This document shows positions 43,156 to 57,554 of a DNA stretch of 64,000 bases, piece by piece (position 1 is the first letter of the stretch; each line of letters opens with the position of its first letter). Below the pieces are notes generated by a model. It made no database searches. It was given only the letters and a program-made list of their open reading frames with translations, and had not been told where the DNA came from. The DNA is from Octopus vulgaris (Eukaryota), in NCBI GenBank assembly GCA_951406725.2, contig OX597827.1, forward strand, positions 50,344,001 to 50,408,000, read 5' to 3'. The position numbers and the translations under genes were made by a program.

Positions 43156-43717
43156 GAAGAAGAAGAAAAATTTCTAAATTTAGTACATGACAACAAACTT
43201 GTAGGCACGTCGTTTCATTGTATTCCAGTACATATATGACAAACTGTTAGTCATCGCTGTCGGAGGGATAAAAACCTGAGCCAATCAAAGCAGCATTTCA
43301 TTTTAGAATGTAACGTACACAGATTAAACACTGTTGCATTTGTAGTGAAGAGTATAGAAGATTAGATTAACTAGTGTAGAATTAATATTCATGAACTTTA
43401 TCCCAGAATGACGAATGACAAAAATGAAAATCCACTTTTATTTGAATTCAAGGCATGGGAAATGAATATTGTGCACTTGAAGGGAATTGTAAAAATATTG
43501 GTAAGAAAGTGTTTTGAAACTAAGCTGAATATACGTTGACGATAATGGTCCAGAATAGTAATATCTTTTATGGTTACAACAAAAAATGTAAAACCTTAAA
43601 ATACTGCCTTCATTTATCAAAGCAATCACATATACCTCTTCAAAATCGAGTCAAGCTACTAACGATGACACAGAATTACTAAAGCGAAATACGCAATTAC
43701 ACATTGTATACATTTTG

Positions 43718-44142
43718 GGGATCTTTTCGGTTTGAACGGCAGTTTTTTCTAGCGGTGTCATATGAAATTGTCACCCATAATTATGACCCTAGTATCGATA
43801 TATTGCATTTCAATCTGTTTTAGGGTTAGGGTTAGGGTTAGGGTTGTGGGGAAGGGTATCTTTTTTTCTTCACAAATGTAAATAGACCCAATCTTTTCTC
43901 AAACGAGGGACATACTCATACGGCACAGAATGTTTTTTAACTCAATAGACGTCATTGATTGGATCAAATTGCAGAAAATGAAGAAAAAACAACAACAAAT
44001 ATCTTACAAACTATAGAATTTTCTCAATAAAGCCAAAAGAAAAAGATGTGTTATAAACACATTCTACCAGTATACGAAGTTAAAAATTTTTTAGTTACCT
44101 AGAAATTATGTTAAAAACTGCCGTTCAAATCGAAAAGATCCC
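43718..44142. mobile_element. MITE with ~30-bp TIRs and internal (TTAGGG)4
   Basis: gggatcttttcggtttgaacggcagttttt ... aaaaactgccgttcaaatcgaaaagatccc; flanks cattttg / atttttg look like a decayed TSD. Confidence 0.85.
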
Positions 44143-45155
44143 ATTTTTGAAACATGGAGATAAAAACAATGTCGATCGCAAACCATAAAAATGCTTTCCT
44201 AAAGAATTAATTAGTAATGCCTGCACAAATATGTCGACCAAATCTTAATGATCAGTGAAACAATGTCGCAATAATTATGTTCACCTATGAAAATTCAATA
44301 ATGCTCGATAAAACTGTTGGCTTGAATTTGTTTGTGAGGCATCTTATGTAATATGACGAATCTTAACACACACACACAAAAGAAGAGGTGACATATTTTC
44401 TTAAATGTAAGGGATTCCTTAAGAGAGTTTTCGCAACACTCATTAATAATTTCGAAAATAAAAGCCGATTACAGAATATTCATGAGATTGCTAACTATCT
44501 GCTTGGGCTTATATTTTTCAACTCTCTTGTCTATCTAAAAATGCAGCAAACCACTAACAGGCCGAGAGTTATATAGAGGTTTCCAAAATAGTAAGTAAAA
44601 TAATATTAAAAAAAAAATCCGCGACGTAATTAAAACTTCTGCTATGAAAATTATCTTGCTTTATCAATTATATAGTGGAATATCGATTGACTTGCTAATG
44701 AATACAGACATTTCCATTAATTATGCCTGGCTGGATATTTAAGTGCATATGTCTAATGAATTAGAAGATCCGTAAATGACATAATTAAATAATTTCTACC
44801 TTCGCAGAATTGTAACGATAGATATTTTCTAACGAGAGTAGCCTTTGCACCTACATTCTTGCCACCAGAAAACAAATGTTCTCTCATGTATGAATTACGA
44901 TTCATTCGAGTATGACAAAATTGAAAATGCAAATATGCTCTTTGGATCCACTCAGAATTGAATGAAAATCATAACAACACCATTAGCTAAAAAGTTATTT
45001 TCCTGACTTTATCATAAGCAAAAGTATGTATGTGTGTATGTATGTGCGTATGTATACATATATATGTGTGTTTGTGTATATATATATATATGTATGAATA
45101 TATATACAGAGACACATACTCACACACACACAAATACAAACACACACACACACAC

Positions 45156-45200
<45 letters not shown>

Positions 45201-45504
45201 AAGGGGTTTGTATAATTGTGTATAGAAGAATATATTACTCAAAGCAATTCCAACTCTGTTTCTTCCGTTTTGTTTATATTCATGTAATATTCATATAAGA
45301 TATAAAATAATATAGTAAAAGGAAATGAAGTATTAATTTTCCATTCTTATTGAACAAATGAAATATTAAATATAATGTTGAAAGATGTGAAAGGCCAAAC
45401 AAGGCAAATAGATTTTAAGATGAGGTAACGTAAACTAAAAGTAAGTTACCTAGTAATCTTTGGTCTTATATGTATTCAATATTTCGGGACATACAAGTCC
45501 CTTC

Positions 45505-45920
45505 TTTTGTACTTGTACTTGTGGCTACATTCACCCTGGGCGAGTTGAGTCGGCTTCTTCTACCACCCTCGAGGCATCTCGAACCATGGCAGTTGAAGAA
45601 GTTTCGTGGGAATATGAATTTCACAAGCGGTCCCCAACAATTCCGCATGTAGAGACATCCTGTTTGCCGCAGATTGTCCGCAGACTCTGGGACAGAACGA
45701 CCGAGGAGCCGCCGGTTGCCGAACTAACGCTCCGAGGATTTTCACCAGAGCCCCGTCTGCCGGGTTGTGGCCCTAATACCACTCGGTGTCAGACCAATCC
45801 GCCTTGGGTGGCCCTACCAGGAACCGAAGTTCCCGACGGCATAGCTCTGACACTACCCATTGCCAGCGTCCCCACCACGGTGAGGACGGGATGGACTTTG
45901 GGGACGGGATGGACTTTAGG
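45505..45920 (-). mobile_element. Bipartite non-autonomous RTE derivative (5' UTR-like part + 3' end)
   Basis: Last ~85 nt near-identical to 15131-15221 including the (GTACAA)n tail; upstream part is non-coding with tcctggtagggccacccaaggcgga, an RTE 5' UTR-like motif. Confidence 0.8.
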
Positions 45921-46441
45921 GTTAAAAAAGAACTGTCTTTGGTAAGATGTTTCTTGTCGGAGATAAAATAATTCTATGATCATATTTGAATTTTCAAGCG
46001 TTTCTCCTTTTCGTGAATGTCAGTGACATCAATTATTAACTTATCGTTCCACAAATCAATTTTCATCACCTCTTTTCTAATATTTATCAAATGTGTCTCT
46101 GTGTGTATATCATGTTATGTACTGCGTGCCTAGCTCCAATCTATTATTTATTTGTGGGTTATTGCTAAAAATAAACACTAAAAAATGGCATGGCATCATT
46201 TCTAAGAACAGCCAAGCAACTACTACTTCTATCCACAAGAATGTATATAAAGGACAAAATTTAACCAGTCAACCACAGGTGAAACTAATGAATACAACTG
46301 TCACGACAACCATATGAACCTGAAAACTGCATAAATACAAGAAAGTATACTAGTTCAATAAGAATGGACATTTAATATTTAATTTGTTCAATAAGAATAG
46401 ACAATTAATATGGCTTAAAAACACCTTCCACGCTGCAATTG

Positions 46442-46505
<64 letters not shown>

Positions 46506-46589
46506 GTGCATACATAAATACAGTTAAAGTAACAGTATTGTCGTTTCTTTATGGATAGCCACATAAAAGTGGCCATTAACAATACTATA

Positions 46590-46702
46590 TACGAGGTGGT
46601 ATCAAAAAGCTCCAGGACTATTTATGCTTAATGAAAAATAATTTATTTACCTAAGTTTTAACATAACTTCCTTTGAAAAAGTCACTTTCTGCAGCGATGC
46701 AC
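46590..46702 (-). mobile_element. Terminal fragment of the 29437 mariner family
   Basis: tacgaggtggtatcaaaaag...atttacctaagttttaacat. Confidence 0.85.
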
Positions 46703-46704
46703 CT

Positions 46705-47420
46705 TACCCACTCCAATTCTCCATCCCCTACTCTCAATTTCTGCGTCTGCGTAGGCTATGAAGTGACAACCATGACTTTGAGACTCAGTCTCAGCTCATG
46801 GCTCACCACTTCAACCTTCGTGTATATCCCCTCACCACTATCCACACCGCCCTTGAAAGAACACTTCCGTGGACCGTGCCGCTGCTCTCTCCTCTCGCAC
46901 CCGCCCCGCCATTGCCCGTCTCTCATTCTCCTCACTTACCACCCATCCACCCTGTCCCTCCAACGCACCATTCTTCGAGCCTTCCGGCGACTCCAGTCCG
47001 ACCCCTTCACTTCGCACATCTTCCCCAACCTTCCCCTTCCCTCCTTCAAACGAGTCCACAACCTACGTCACCTCCTGGTGCACAGTTTTTTCCCTAATCC
47101 CACCTCCCAATCTGGCTCGCTCCCCCTGCTCCCGCTCACGTTGTCGCACTTGCTACAATCTCTCCAACACCACCGTCCTCACAAGCTCCCATCATCGTCC
47201 CTATCATATCACTGACTCCCTTACCTGCACTTCTAGCAACGTCATTTACTGCATCTCCTGCTCTTTCTGTCCTTCTCTGAATCGATCAAACGGAACACCG
47301 CTTGGATGACCGGTTCGCGGAGCAGCTTCGAGACATTAGATTCGGCAATGACACCCCGGTATCACACCATTTCCACTCTACAGGACATTCATCACAACAC
47401 ATGAACAGGAATTTAATCTT
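46705..47420 (+). mobile_element. Penelope-like element (Neptune-type) ORF fragment: linker, Cys-rich motif, GIY-YIG
   Basis: SIPYSQFLRLRRL, LTYHP, RLQSDP, FKRVHNLRHLLV, PCSRSRCRTC, TCTSSNVIYCISC, DRFAEQLRDI..PVSHHF. Confidence 0.88.
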
Positions 47421-47580
47421 CCCTCTTAGCTCCTTTCTCCACGCGGGCTCTTCTCCCCTCTCCTCTTCATCTGACTCCCCTACTCTCATCTCTTCATCTG
47501 ACACCTACCTCCTCTCTTCACTCTTCTCTCTTCGTTGGTACCCCATCCACCCACCCCTACCCCGCACATCATTATTATTG

Positions 47581-48105
<525 letters not shown>

Positions 48106-48814
48106 GAACTTCACATGTGCTTCGGCAAACCTAATATATGTGTTAGCTTGCTCAGGGTATCGAATGCAATACATAAGTTAATCCGAAAACAGCCTACGCG
48201 AGAGGATTACCATACATAGATCTCAAATAAAAATTCGGGAGTTCAGAAAAATAGCATTAAGCAAACACATAGACTTTTGCGCTACGAACGAACAATCCAA
48301 ATTCAGCATTTTTTCATTTTATAGATTAAGGGATAATGCAACCTATAATCAGCGCATTAGCAAAGAATCATATTTTACCGCAAAATACAAATCTTTTTTG
48401 AATGTTTTTATCACAGATGATACTACTACAAGCATCTTAGAATAATACCCACGCAAATATTAAAAACGATATATTCAGAACAGTTGCTAACCATGAATTT
48501 ATTTGGAACAATTCCAATCACTACTGCTACAACAACAACAGTCACTTTTAGGTCAGTTGACCATTAAAGAAGAGCCTTCACAAAAGTAAAAGAGAGAGAG
48601 AGAGAGAGAGAGAGAAACATACAGAAAAAAGGAAAATGTCCTACTTATTTGAAGACTATGGAAATCATTTTTAAAAAGATTTCATTTAATTTTTCTTCAG
48701 TATAATTGTCTTTCTTGCTTTACTCTAAATTGAAAAAGTCGAAAAGAGTGAAACCGATACTTAAATGTTCTTCACGATTAAATTATCTTAGCATCTTCTA
48801 TCTTATCTCATTTT

Positions 48815-48885
<71 letters not shown>

Positions 48886-48890
48886 TATAT

Positions 48891-48925
<35 letters not shown>

Positions 48926-49227
48926 ATATATATATAATATTAAGGAGTATAGCTCCAAACTTACAGGGAAAAATTCGATTTATTATTAAATCAAATTTCA
49001 CCGTATAAATAAAATATGAATTAGAGATAAAACCACTATTATGCAACTCAAACAGTGATAAACATAAACCAATACATAAATAACAAATAATATAAACATA
49101 ATTAATATAATATATAATATAATAAATATATACAGATATGTAATTTTTTTTATAAAAGAATGATAAATATAATATATTATATTTATCATTCTTTTATAAA
49201 AAAAAGGAAAAAAAGAAAAAAATTATA

Positions 49228-49450
49228 TGCGCAATGGCCTAGTGGTTAGGGCAGCGGACTCGCGGTCGCAGGATCACGGTTTCGATTCTCAGACCGGGCG
49301 TTGTGTGTGTTTATTGAGCGAAAACACCTAAAAGCTCTACGAGGCTCCGGCAGGGGGTGGTGATCCCTGCTGTACTCTTTCACCACAATGGCGGTGCCCC
49401 AGCATGGCCACAGCTCAAGAGCTGAAACTGGAAAAACAAAAACAAACAAA

Positions 49451-49492
<42 letters not shown>

Positions 49493-49670
49493 GTAATTCA
49501 ATGGGCCAGCCTTTTCACATTCAATGTGTTGCGCTGAATCTCCCTGAGAACTACATTAAGGGTACGAGTGTTTCTGGAGTACTAAGTCACTTGCATGTTT
49601 ATTTCACGATTTGTTCTGTTGATCGAATCAACTGGAACTATCGTCATCGTAACCGACGAAAAGTCAGGTT
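49228..49670 (+). mobile_element. Composite of tRNA SINE pieces
   Basis: OR-like head 49228-49388, OK-like tail ggcggtgccccagcatggcc..ctgaaac, then OR-like 3' body 49500-49665. Confidence 0.7.
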
Positions 49671-50564
49671 ATATACACAAACGTATACATGTTTATGTAT
49701 AAATATATATTCTATACATTTCACACACACACACACACACAGATATATACGTATATATATTGGGCAGGTGAATGATAATCGCATACCCTCACTAGAGCGT
49801 TAGACACATTATCATATGTTAATACGTGTTACAACTTCGAGTGCGCTGATTTTAAGCCTACCCATGTTGATTTTACCTTTTCTTTTTTCATAGTCGATAA
49901 AATAAGTTACATATTAAAAATGAGACTGATATAATTGACAAGACCCTTCAAACCCTTCCTAGCAGGCCCACAGTCCACTAGCATAAGAATCAAGTCTGTT
50001 TACTGTCTATTTTCAAATATTTGGCATGAAACATTTTGGCAGTACGTAACCTGTTTTTAAGAAATCGAAAATGAAATTCTGAAAGATTCATAACCAAACA
50101 TTTTGAATGTGCTCCCGACCCCTACACCAAAAATATTGATCTTGAATCTAATAATGATGTGAATTATTTTAGAAACGGAGTTTCGAAAACGTTAGATAAA
50201 TCTTGTGACACTAATTTGACATTTATGCTGAATTTGATCCAGATATGTGAACTAAAATCCTTCTGTATCAATAGGTCTATCATATAGCTTTTGTACTTTA
50301 TTGATATGTTCACAGCAGAAATGTTAAAATACAGATAAGTAGATGAAAAACAACATTTGGTCAAGACCAAATGTTAACTTATAATTATGGGCTGAAAGTC
50401 AAGGAGAAACTGCTACGTGAAAAAAATGGATGGTTGAAAGAATAGAGCAAATGTTGATAGCTTTTCAAACTGCTGGAAATATATGGAAGATAAAGTAGTT
50501 GCAACGTTGTTTATTGCATTTTCGTATAGTCTAAGATGTTTTTTATGAGATAAAAGTTGACAAT

Positions 50565-50899
50565 AGTGGCACTCCGTCGCTTACGACGACGAGGGTTCCA
50601 GTTGATCCTGATCGCGAAATTAACACAGGTAAATGGCTGAGTACTCTACCGACACTCTTACCGTAGTTGTCGGGGAGATTCAGCATGAGACAGTGTGTGA
50701 CAAAGCTGAAACAGGAAGAAGGAGTGAGAGAAAGTCGAGGTGGAGGAGTACAGCAGGGTTCGCCACCATCCGCTACCAGAGCCTCGTTGAGATTAGGTGT
50801 ATTCGCTCAACAAACACTCACAGCGCCCGGTCTGGGAAACGAAACCGCGATCCCACGACGCGAGTCCGCTGCCCTAACCACTGGGTCATTGCGCCTCCG
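50565..50899 (-). mobile_element. OR-like tRNA SINE (internally deleted)
   Basis: Homologous to 53098-53482. Confidence 0.85.
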
Positions 50900-51751
50900 C
50901 TTGGCAACAGTAATCATATCTCGATAGATATATAAAGAAGAAAATTTCGTGTATATTCATTATTATTCACAGTATAGTGGATATTCGACAAATTTCAAAG
51001 ATATTTATCAATATTATAAATCAAAGTAGAAAAGAAAATGAAAATATTTACGCTGAAAAATATTCTACATCGAATATTTTATTCATTATGAATTCAGGTT
51101 ATATCTAAATATAACTGTATTATTCCCTAAAACTGCACACTGACTGACAAGTTCAGAAGTACGCAAACTGTGTCGAATAAGCTAAAGAAACCACATTTTG
51201 GCGCTTAGTGATTCTTATTTGTTTCAGTTTTACTATATTTTTTTTTTTATTAGTAATGATTTAACTCATTTAACCTAACTGACAACAGTTAGCATATAGA
51301 TTACACAAAACTAAACAGAAAGAGTCATTATTTCCACCTGTTTTAAGATTTATAATTCTACTTGAATATTTACAGCTATTATATTAATTACGTTTTATCA
51401 ATCAACTGACTGATCTCTTATATTTTACATTATATTTAATCATGTTGTGGCTTTTCAAATTACATTTCATTTTCTCGAAATTATATTACTTTCAGTCACG
51501 AATTTTTAACACTATTTTCCTATGTATAAATGTCTCGAAATTGAAGAATTTTAAAGTTCTAAAGGAATGATACGTACGTTCTCTCTTCCATTTTCTATGC
51601 ATCAGTTATAATGTTTAGAACTTCAGGTTATAAAGTTCAAAACATTATAATCTGATAACTATTTGTTCAGTAAGATCTGTACAGATCTGTACAAATCTAG
51701 TCCTAAGTGCATGCACTTATTAATTATTAGCGCAACATACAAGCCACTAGC

Positions 51752-51928
<177 letters not shown>

Positions 51929-53097
51929 GTCTATCTATCTGTCTATCTATCTGTCTGTGTCTATCTGTCTGTCTGTCTGTCTGTCTATCCGTCCGTCTCT
52001 CTGTCTATTTCTCCCCCTCTCTGTGTATATGTATATATATATATATATATATATACAGCGAGAGAGAGAAAGAGGGGTAAAGAGAGAGAGGTGGGGAGAT
52101 AGTGATGCATGCTTGGGCTTGATATATGAAATATACGTACATACATATACACATGTAAGTATATGTAGGGATATATATAGAAAGAAAAACTGAAGATATT
52201 CCGCAGAGTATAAGCATATAGATACTTATATATGATAATAGAACAGATTTTTTGAAGTGCAAAAATTGCAGAAAACTAAGCAGAAAGGGCATGGATTTTC
52301 AGGTCCGACAGCAATTGGAGCAGTAGAAGAGTAAGAAGAGAGAGGGTTGGGAAAAGTAGTAGAAATAGTGAGTCGAACCACCAGAAACAGCTATCTCTCG
52401 ACTTCTACATCTTTCGTCTGTCACCTATGTTTCAAACCATGCAGTTATTTATGTAAGTAATCTCAGTATCTGCTTGCATGCGTATGTGACATAGCGTTGC
52501 TTTACCAGATATGTGATACTACAACACCAACTAGTCTCTTATCAATAACCAATCGAGAACATTTAGATAAAGCCAATCTGGCGTTTGATAACTTGTGACC
52601 CTCTATAATACAGGTATGAAGTGGGGATGATGATCAAAGTTGATGACTTCGAGGTGAGTGTTACAAGGCAATGAGGAACCTTTATGTGGTGGGTTGACCT
52701 TATAGAAGGGACAGCGGTTACATTTTAAAATCATGAAAAGAGAAGGACATATTAAATAAAGTCGACCTGGACACATGTGTGTGAAAACAGGATATGATAG
52801 AAACGTTTAGAAAGTTTTTGATCATAGGTCTGCTCTATCCGGGTGACACAGGTTAAACGATAATTCTCAAAGGTTTCAAGGCACGCAGGCGACGAACATC
52901 CGTCGTTGATAACGCTTACACGGAAGTAAGAATGAATTTAGATGGAGCAGAGGCAGAATTAAAAGTCTCCTCGTAATGCTCGTTAGCGCATTAAGTATAT
53001 ACAAATCAATTTTACATTGAGAAATATCAAATGGTGATATTAATCTTTTATCAGTTGTATTTTACTACACTCTTTTGCTTAGTGTAGCGTATATAAT

Positions 53098-53482
53098 GGA
53101 AGCACTCCGTCGGTTACGACGACGAGGGTTCCGGTTGATCCGAATCAACGGAACAGCCTATTCGTGAAATTAACGTGTAAGTGGCTGAGCACTCCACAGA
53201 CACGTGTACCCTTAACGTAGTTCTCGGGGATATTCAGCGTGACACAGAGAGTGACAAGGCCGGCCTTTTGAAATACAGGTACAACAGAAACAGGAAGTAA
53301 GAGTGAGAGAAAGTTGTGGTGAAAGAGTACAGCAGGGATCACCACCATCCCCTGCCAAAGCCTCGTGGAGCTTTTAGGTGTTTTCGCTCAATAAATCCTC
53401 ACAACGCCCGGTCTGGGAATCGAAACCGCGATCCTATGACCGCGAGTCCACTGCCCTAACCACTGGGCCATTGCGCCTCCAC
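53098..53482 (-). mobile_element. Full-length OR-like tRNA SINE with 13-bp TSD
   Basis: TSD tagcgtatataat at 53085-53097 and 53483-53495; A/B boxes on the minus strand. Confidence 0.92.
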
Positions 53483-53494
53483 TAGCGTATATAA

Positions 53495-54727
53495 TATCAT
53501 GTTGAGTAAAAAGTAAGCAACGTTTTCAACCATGAAGAAATTGTACCAGGTTTTGCAGAGTTTTTAATTTTTTAAGATAATTTTTGCAATAGTCTGATAG
53601 TACAGACATAGACTTGCCCAAATGCATCAATACATTCATATTGATATTTTTTCACTGTTGTTACAATAATCTGAAACAGAACTATCAAAGCGCGATATTC
53701 GAGCAATTTTGCAATTCAACTTAAAAAAAAAAAAAAAAACGACGTAAAGCAGCTGAAGCGATATCAACGAAACATTAGGTGAGGCAATGACCAGTGAGTG
53801 ATCAGCTCGAAAATGGTTTAAACGATTTTGCAGAGAACTGAGCCTTGAATATCGTGAGCGTAATGGACACCCATCTGTCATCGATGACGGTCAATTAAAG
53901 ACTGTCATTGAGAAAACTCCACGTAAAACAAATCGAGAACTCGCAGAAGAACTTCAAGCTAGCCAGAAAACTGCCTGCAAACCATTTGCATTCGATCGAA
54001 AAAGGAAAAAAGCTCGACAAATGAAAATCAAAATTTGCGCGTCGCTTCTTCTCCGAAACCAGACCGATCCATTTCTCGATCGTATTGTAACTTGCGATGA
54101 AAAGTGGATTCTATACCATAATAAAAAAGTTTTTCGCAGTGGTGGGACCAAAATGAAGCGCCGAAAACTTCCCCTGAACCCGAGCTTCAAAAAGAAAGTT
54201 ATGGTGACTGTTTGGTGGTAGAGAGCAGGATACATCAGTATAACTTGTTAAAATCCAGAAAAACATTACTGCAGAAACATATTGCCATGAAGTCGCCGAA
54301 ATGAACGAAAAACTACTACTCCTCCGTCCCCGGCTGGTCAACAGAAGAGGGTCAATCATTCGTCACGACAATGCTCGACCATACGGTTCACTAATGACGC
54401 TCCAGAAGTTGAGGGAACTTGGCTATGAAGTTCTTCCCCACCCAGCTTACTCTCCAGACCTTTCTCCTACCGACTACCACTTTTTCAAGCACCTTGATGG
54501 TTTCCTGCGAGAAAAGGAGTTAAAAAATTAAACCGATGCTGAAAGTGCGTTCAAAGAGTTCATCAGCTCCAGAACTCCAGATTTTTATGTTACCGGAATA
54601 AACAAACTTGTAACTCGTTTGCAAATATGTGTTGATTGTAATGGCATTTACTTCGATGAATAAAATTTTCGCATTGTTGATGAATATCATGCTTCAAAAC
54701 GCTGCTTACTTTTTACTCAGCCTGATA
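53495..54727 (+). mobile_element. Mariner (DD34D) transposon with pseudogenised transposase
   Basis: TIRs tatcatgttgagtaaaaagtaagca / tgcttactttttactcagcctgata; RIVTCDEKWILY, HDNARP, HPAYSPDLSPTDYHFF. Confidence 0.93.
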
Positions 54728-56699
54728 CTATTCTGTACATTGTCACATATTTCTTTTAAATAAATAATCCATAATCGTATTTCTATAAGTTTATATTTAA
54801 TAGTTACGTCTAAAGATATTTTCGAATCATCAATCATCAAATTGGAATTGACAGATATTTTCTTGAAAATACATATGTCGGCCTATGGTTATAAAGGATT
54901 TATTGATTCTTTTCATCATAATAATTTAATCTTGAATAAAATCTAAAGTACGTTTTTCTTTTGTTTAAATGAAGTAGTTTAATTATATCAGCTGTTTTTT
55001 GTTAAGTTCGTTAATTTTATAAGTATTAAATAACTAGCAAACCATTCTATAGTTATTAGCTTATATAACTCTTACGCAACTGAAATTTACTTTAATTGAT
55101 GTTTTAAAATATGTGAATCTGATAAACGTGTATGCGAAAGTGTATGTAGATGTTATTTGTATTTAGGAAAACGATAGCATTGGTAAACGGGGAAGTAAGA
55201 AAAAGCAAAAGGAAGTAATAGTGATCATATTCTGTGTATGTATATCTATATCATTAAATTTGTACACGATCAATTCATGCACAAAATCTATTTGCATTCG
55301 TTCATAAACTTTGTTAAATATACTTAAAATTCTATGCTTATATTCGATCATATGAATTAGAAACCATTCATCTGTGATATTTTCTAATCATGTGACACTA
55401 AAGATTTTTCAAGCACAATATATCTCCATTTCAATATGTATTGTAATAAATATCCTATTTTGGGTCATAGAAACGTACTTATCAAATAAATTTCAGTCTA
55501 AGAAATATAGGAAATACGATTGCACTTTATTAACATATTTCATCTTGATATTCAACGAGTCTAAGTATATTTTTAATTGTCATTTGACATATGAAAGAAA
55601 TATTCAGTTATTCATTAATTCCAGTTTGTGATTTACATCAAAAGAATGGAGGCCTCAGATGAATGAATTTGCTGAAAGCAAACTTTGTTAAAATCTCAAT
55701 CAATACCATAAGCTAGCTGCAACATTTTATAGATACAAAAGTAGATTTCATGCAGATAAATTTTAGGGTCATATTTCAGAAAATAATAAAGCATTGTTAT
55801 TATGAGTACAGATTACCAGTTATCACTATATAATACACCTTGCTAACTTAATGCCTCAAAAATACTTTTGGCAGTTCGATCATTCATATTTTCAACAATT
55901 TACGACAAGGTTAGAATTTCGCTGACAAACTCCAGAGCGAAACATGTTATTGATGTTTGCTGAAAGTAGCCATCGGCTAATTATTATTTTACTAACTTAT
56001 CAAGCATTAAATGAGTTTTGGTCCATAGTCTAGTGGACAAAAACATTTTTTGTTGCAATGGATATCACATCTCCAGCTGCGAGACATATTTACTCTGAAA
56101 ATATATCAAAAGGTAAAGAAAATTATTCAATTATATATTTGCTATATACTATGCTTTAGATGAACATATGAAGAATATTAGTATATTAGGGGAATTAAGA
56201 TTGTTAGTATAAAGCAAACTCGGCTGAGATATCAGAATCGCTAAAACACAAAGTAGAATTAAAAATCAATCTATATCGACGATGGAATAATTTTTTTTTA
56301 AAAAGGGAAAATAAAATCTCAAGGTTTTTCTGAAATAAATTTTTCATTCACAAACCAGAGATGACGTGAATAGGATTCATTAGCTGGTGATATTTTTTGG
56401 AAGATTCTCAATCTAGTCACCACTGAATGATCATCTGTTCATCGCAATAATGCATTTTCGCTGAGGTTCTTAAGGGCCTTAAAACACAAGTATACGACAA
56501 AGGGAAGCACGTTTCTAAATAAAACTTGCCCTAACAAAGATTGCGAAAGAAGAATTGTGTCTCGACTCATAGCTTTTACCATCACTTGAAATATTTGAGA
56601 CAAGAGTGATAGACAGATTCAGGACGAGGTATGAAAGGCCATTCCCTTTGGACATAAGAAATTGTATCCTTTTATTTCATGAAATAAGGCAGTTAAGTA

Positions 56700-57195
56700 A
56701 TGATAATAATAATAATAATAATGATAATGGCTTCACATTATGCCACAAGGGCAGCCATTTTGGGGGAGGGTATGTGTCGATTACATCGACTCCGATACTT
56801 AATTTTTCGACCACGAAAGAATGACAGGCAAAGTCGGTGGAATTTGAACTTAGAAAGTAAAGACGGACTAAATGACATTAACCAGCATGCCAACGGTTCT
56901 GAGTTAGCTGCTTTTAATGGGTTTAGTGCAAGGCTAGCAACTTTAGGGCATCCTAGTTTTGAACCGTCACTTATTTTACTAATCCCGAAGGGATGAAAAG
57001 CGAATCTGTTGTCGAAGGTTTGACAGGGTCTCAGAATTAGCCGGAGCAAGTGAAATCGAGGGCTCTGACGTGTGAAATAGAAATAGTAATAATCCTGCCT
57101 TCTATATGCACAAGGCCTGAAATTTTTGTGGGAGGTAGGGAGCTAGTCGATGACACAACCCTTGTGGCACTTATTTCATTGACCCAGAAAGGATA
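56700..57195 (-). mobile_element. Stack of ~3 decayed CORE-type SINEs
   Basis: Repeated cacaagg..gcaatttt..tcgattacatcgac..gaaagaatga modules. Confidence 0.6.
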
Positions 57196-57239
57196 CCAAC
57201 TCACCGACAAGAGGTACAACAATAAAAATCCCCTATAAC

Positions 57240-57520
57240 ACTCCATAGTGGAACTTCCACCCATCGCGTTGTCCGACGGACACAAAGCTGTGAGCCCTTG
57301 CCAACACTCCAGATGCCAAGCGCCCTTACTTAGTCTGCGCTTGACCCAGCAATGAAGTTCTGTCAATGAGATGAGCTGTGGAAAATCCTGTGGCAAACGG
57401 CGCCTACACCTGCTCACCGTTGAGAAAACGTTGGAGATATCGCAGCCTCAGCGCCTGTCTGTGCATCATTAGCCACAACATGCCCAGTCCTCCACTCAGC
57501 AAAAAAAAAACACCATAGAA
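57240..57520 (-). mobile_element. L1/Tx1-like ORF2 fragment
   Basis: GGLGM...MHRQALRLRYL...FPQLISLTELHCWVKRR...WHLECWQGL, consistent with a post-RT region. Confidence 0.55.
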
Positions 57521-57554
57521 TGGTATGTAAAAATAGCCACAGAGTCGCTATTAT

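Noticed and set aside
43820-43845. Telomere or chromosome-fusion relic
   Set aside because: Only four units, and they lie inside a TIR-bounded element
53640-54660. SETMAR-like host gene
   Set aside because: No SET domain; TIR-bounded mariner with stops and frameshifts
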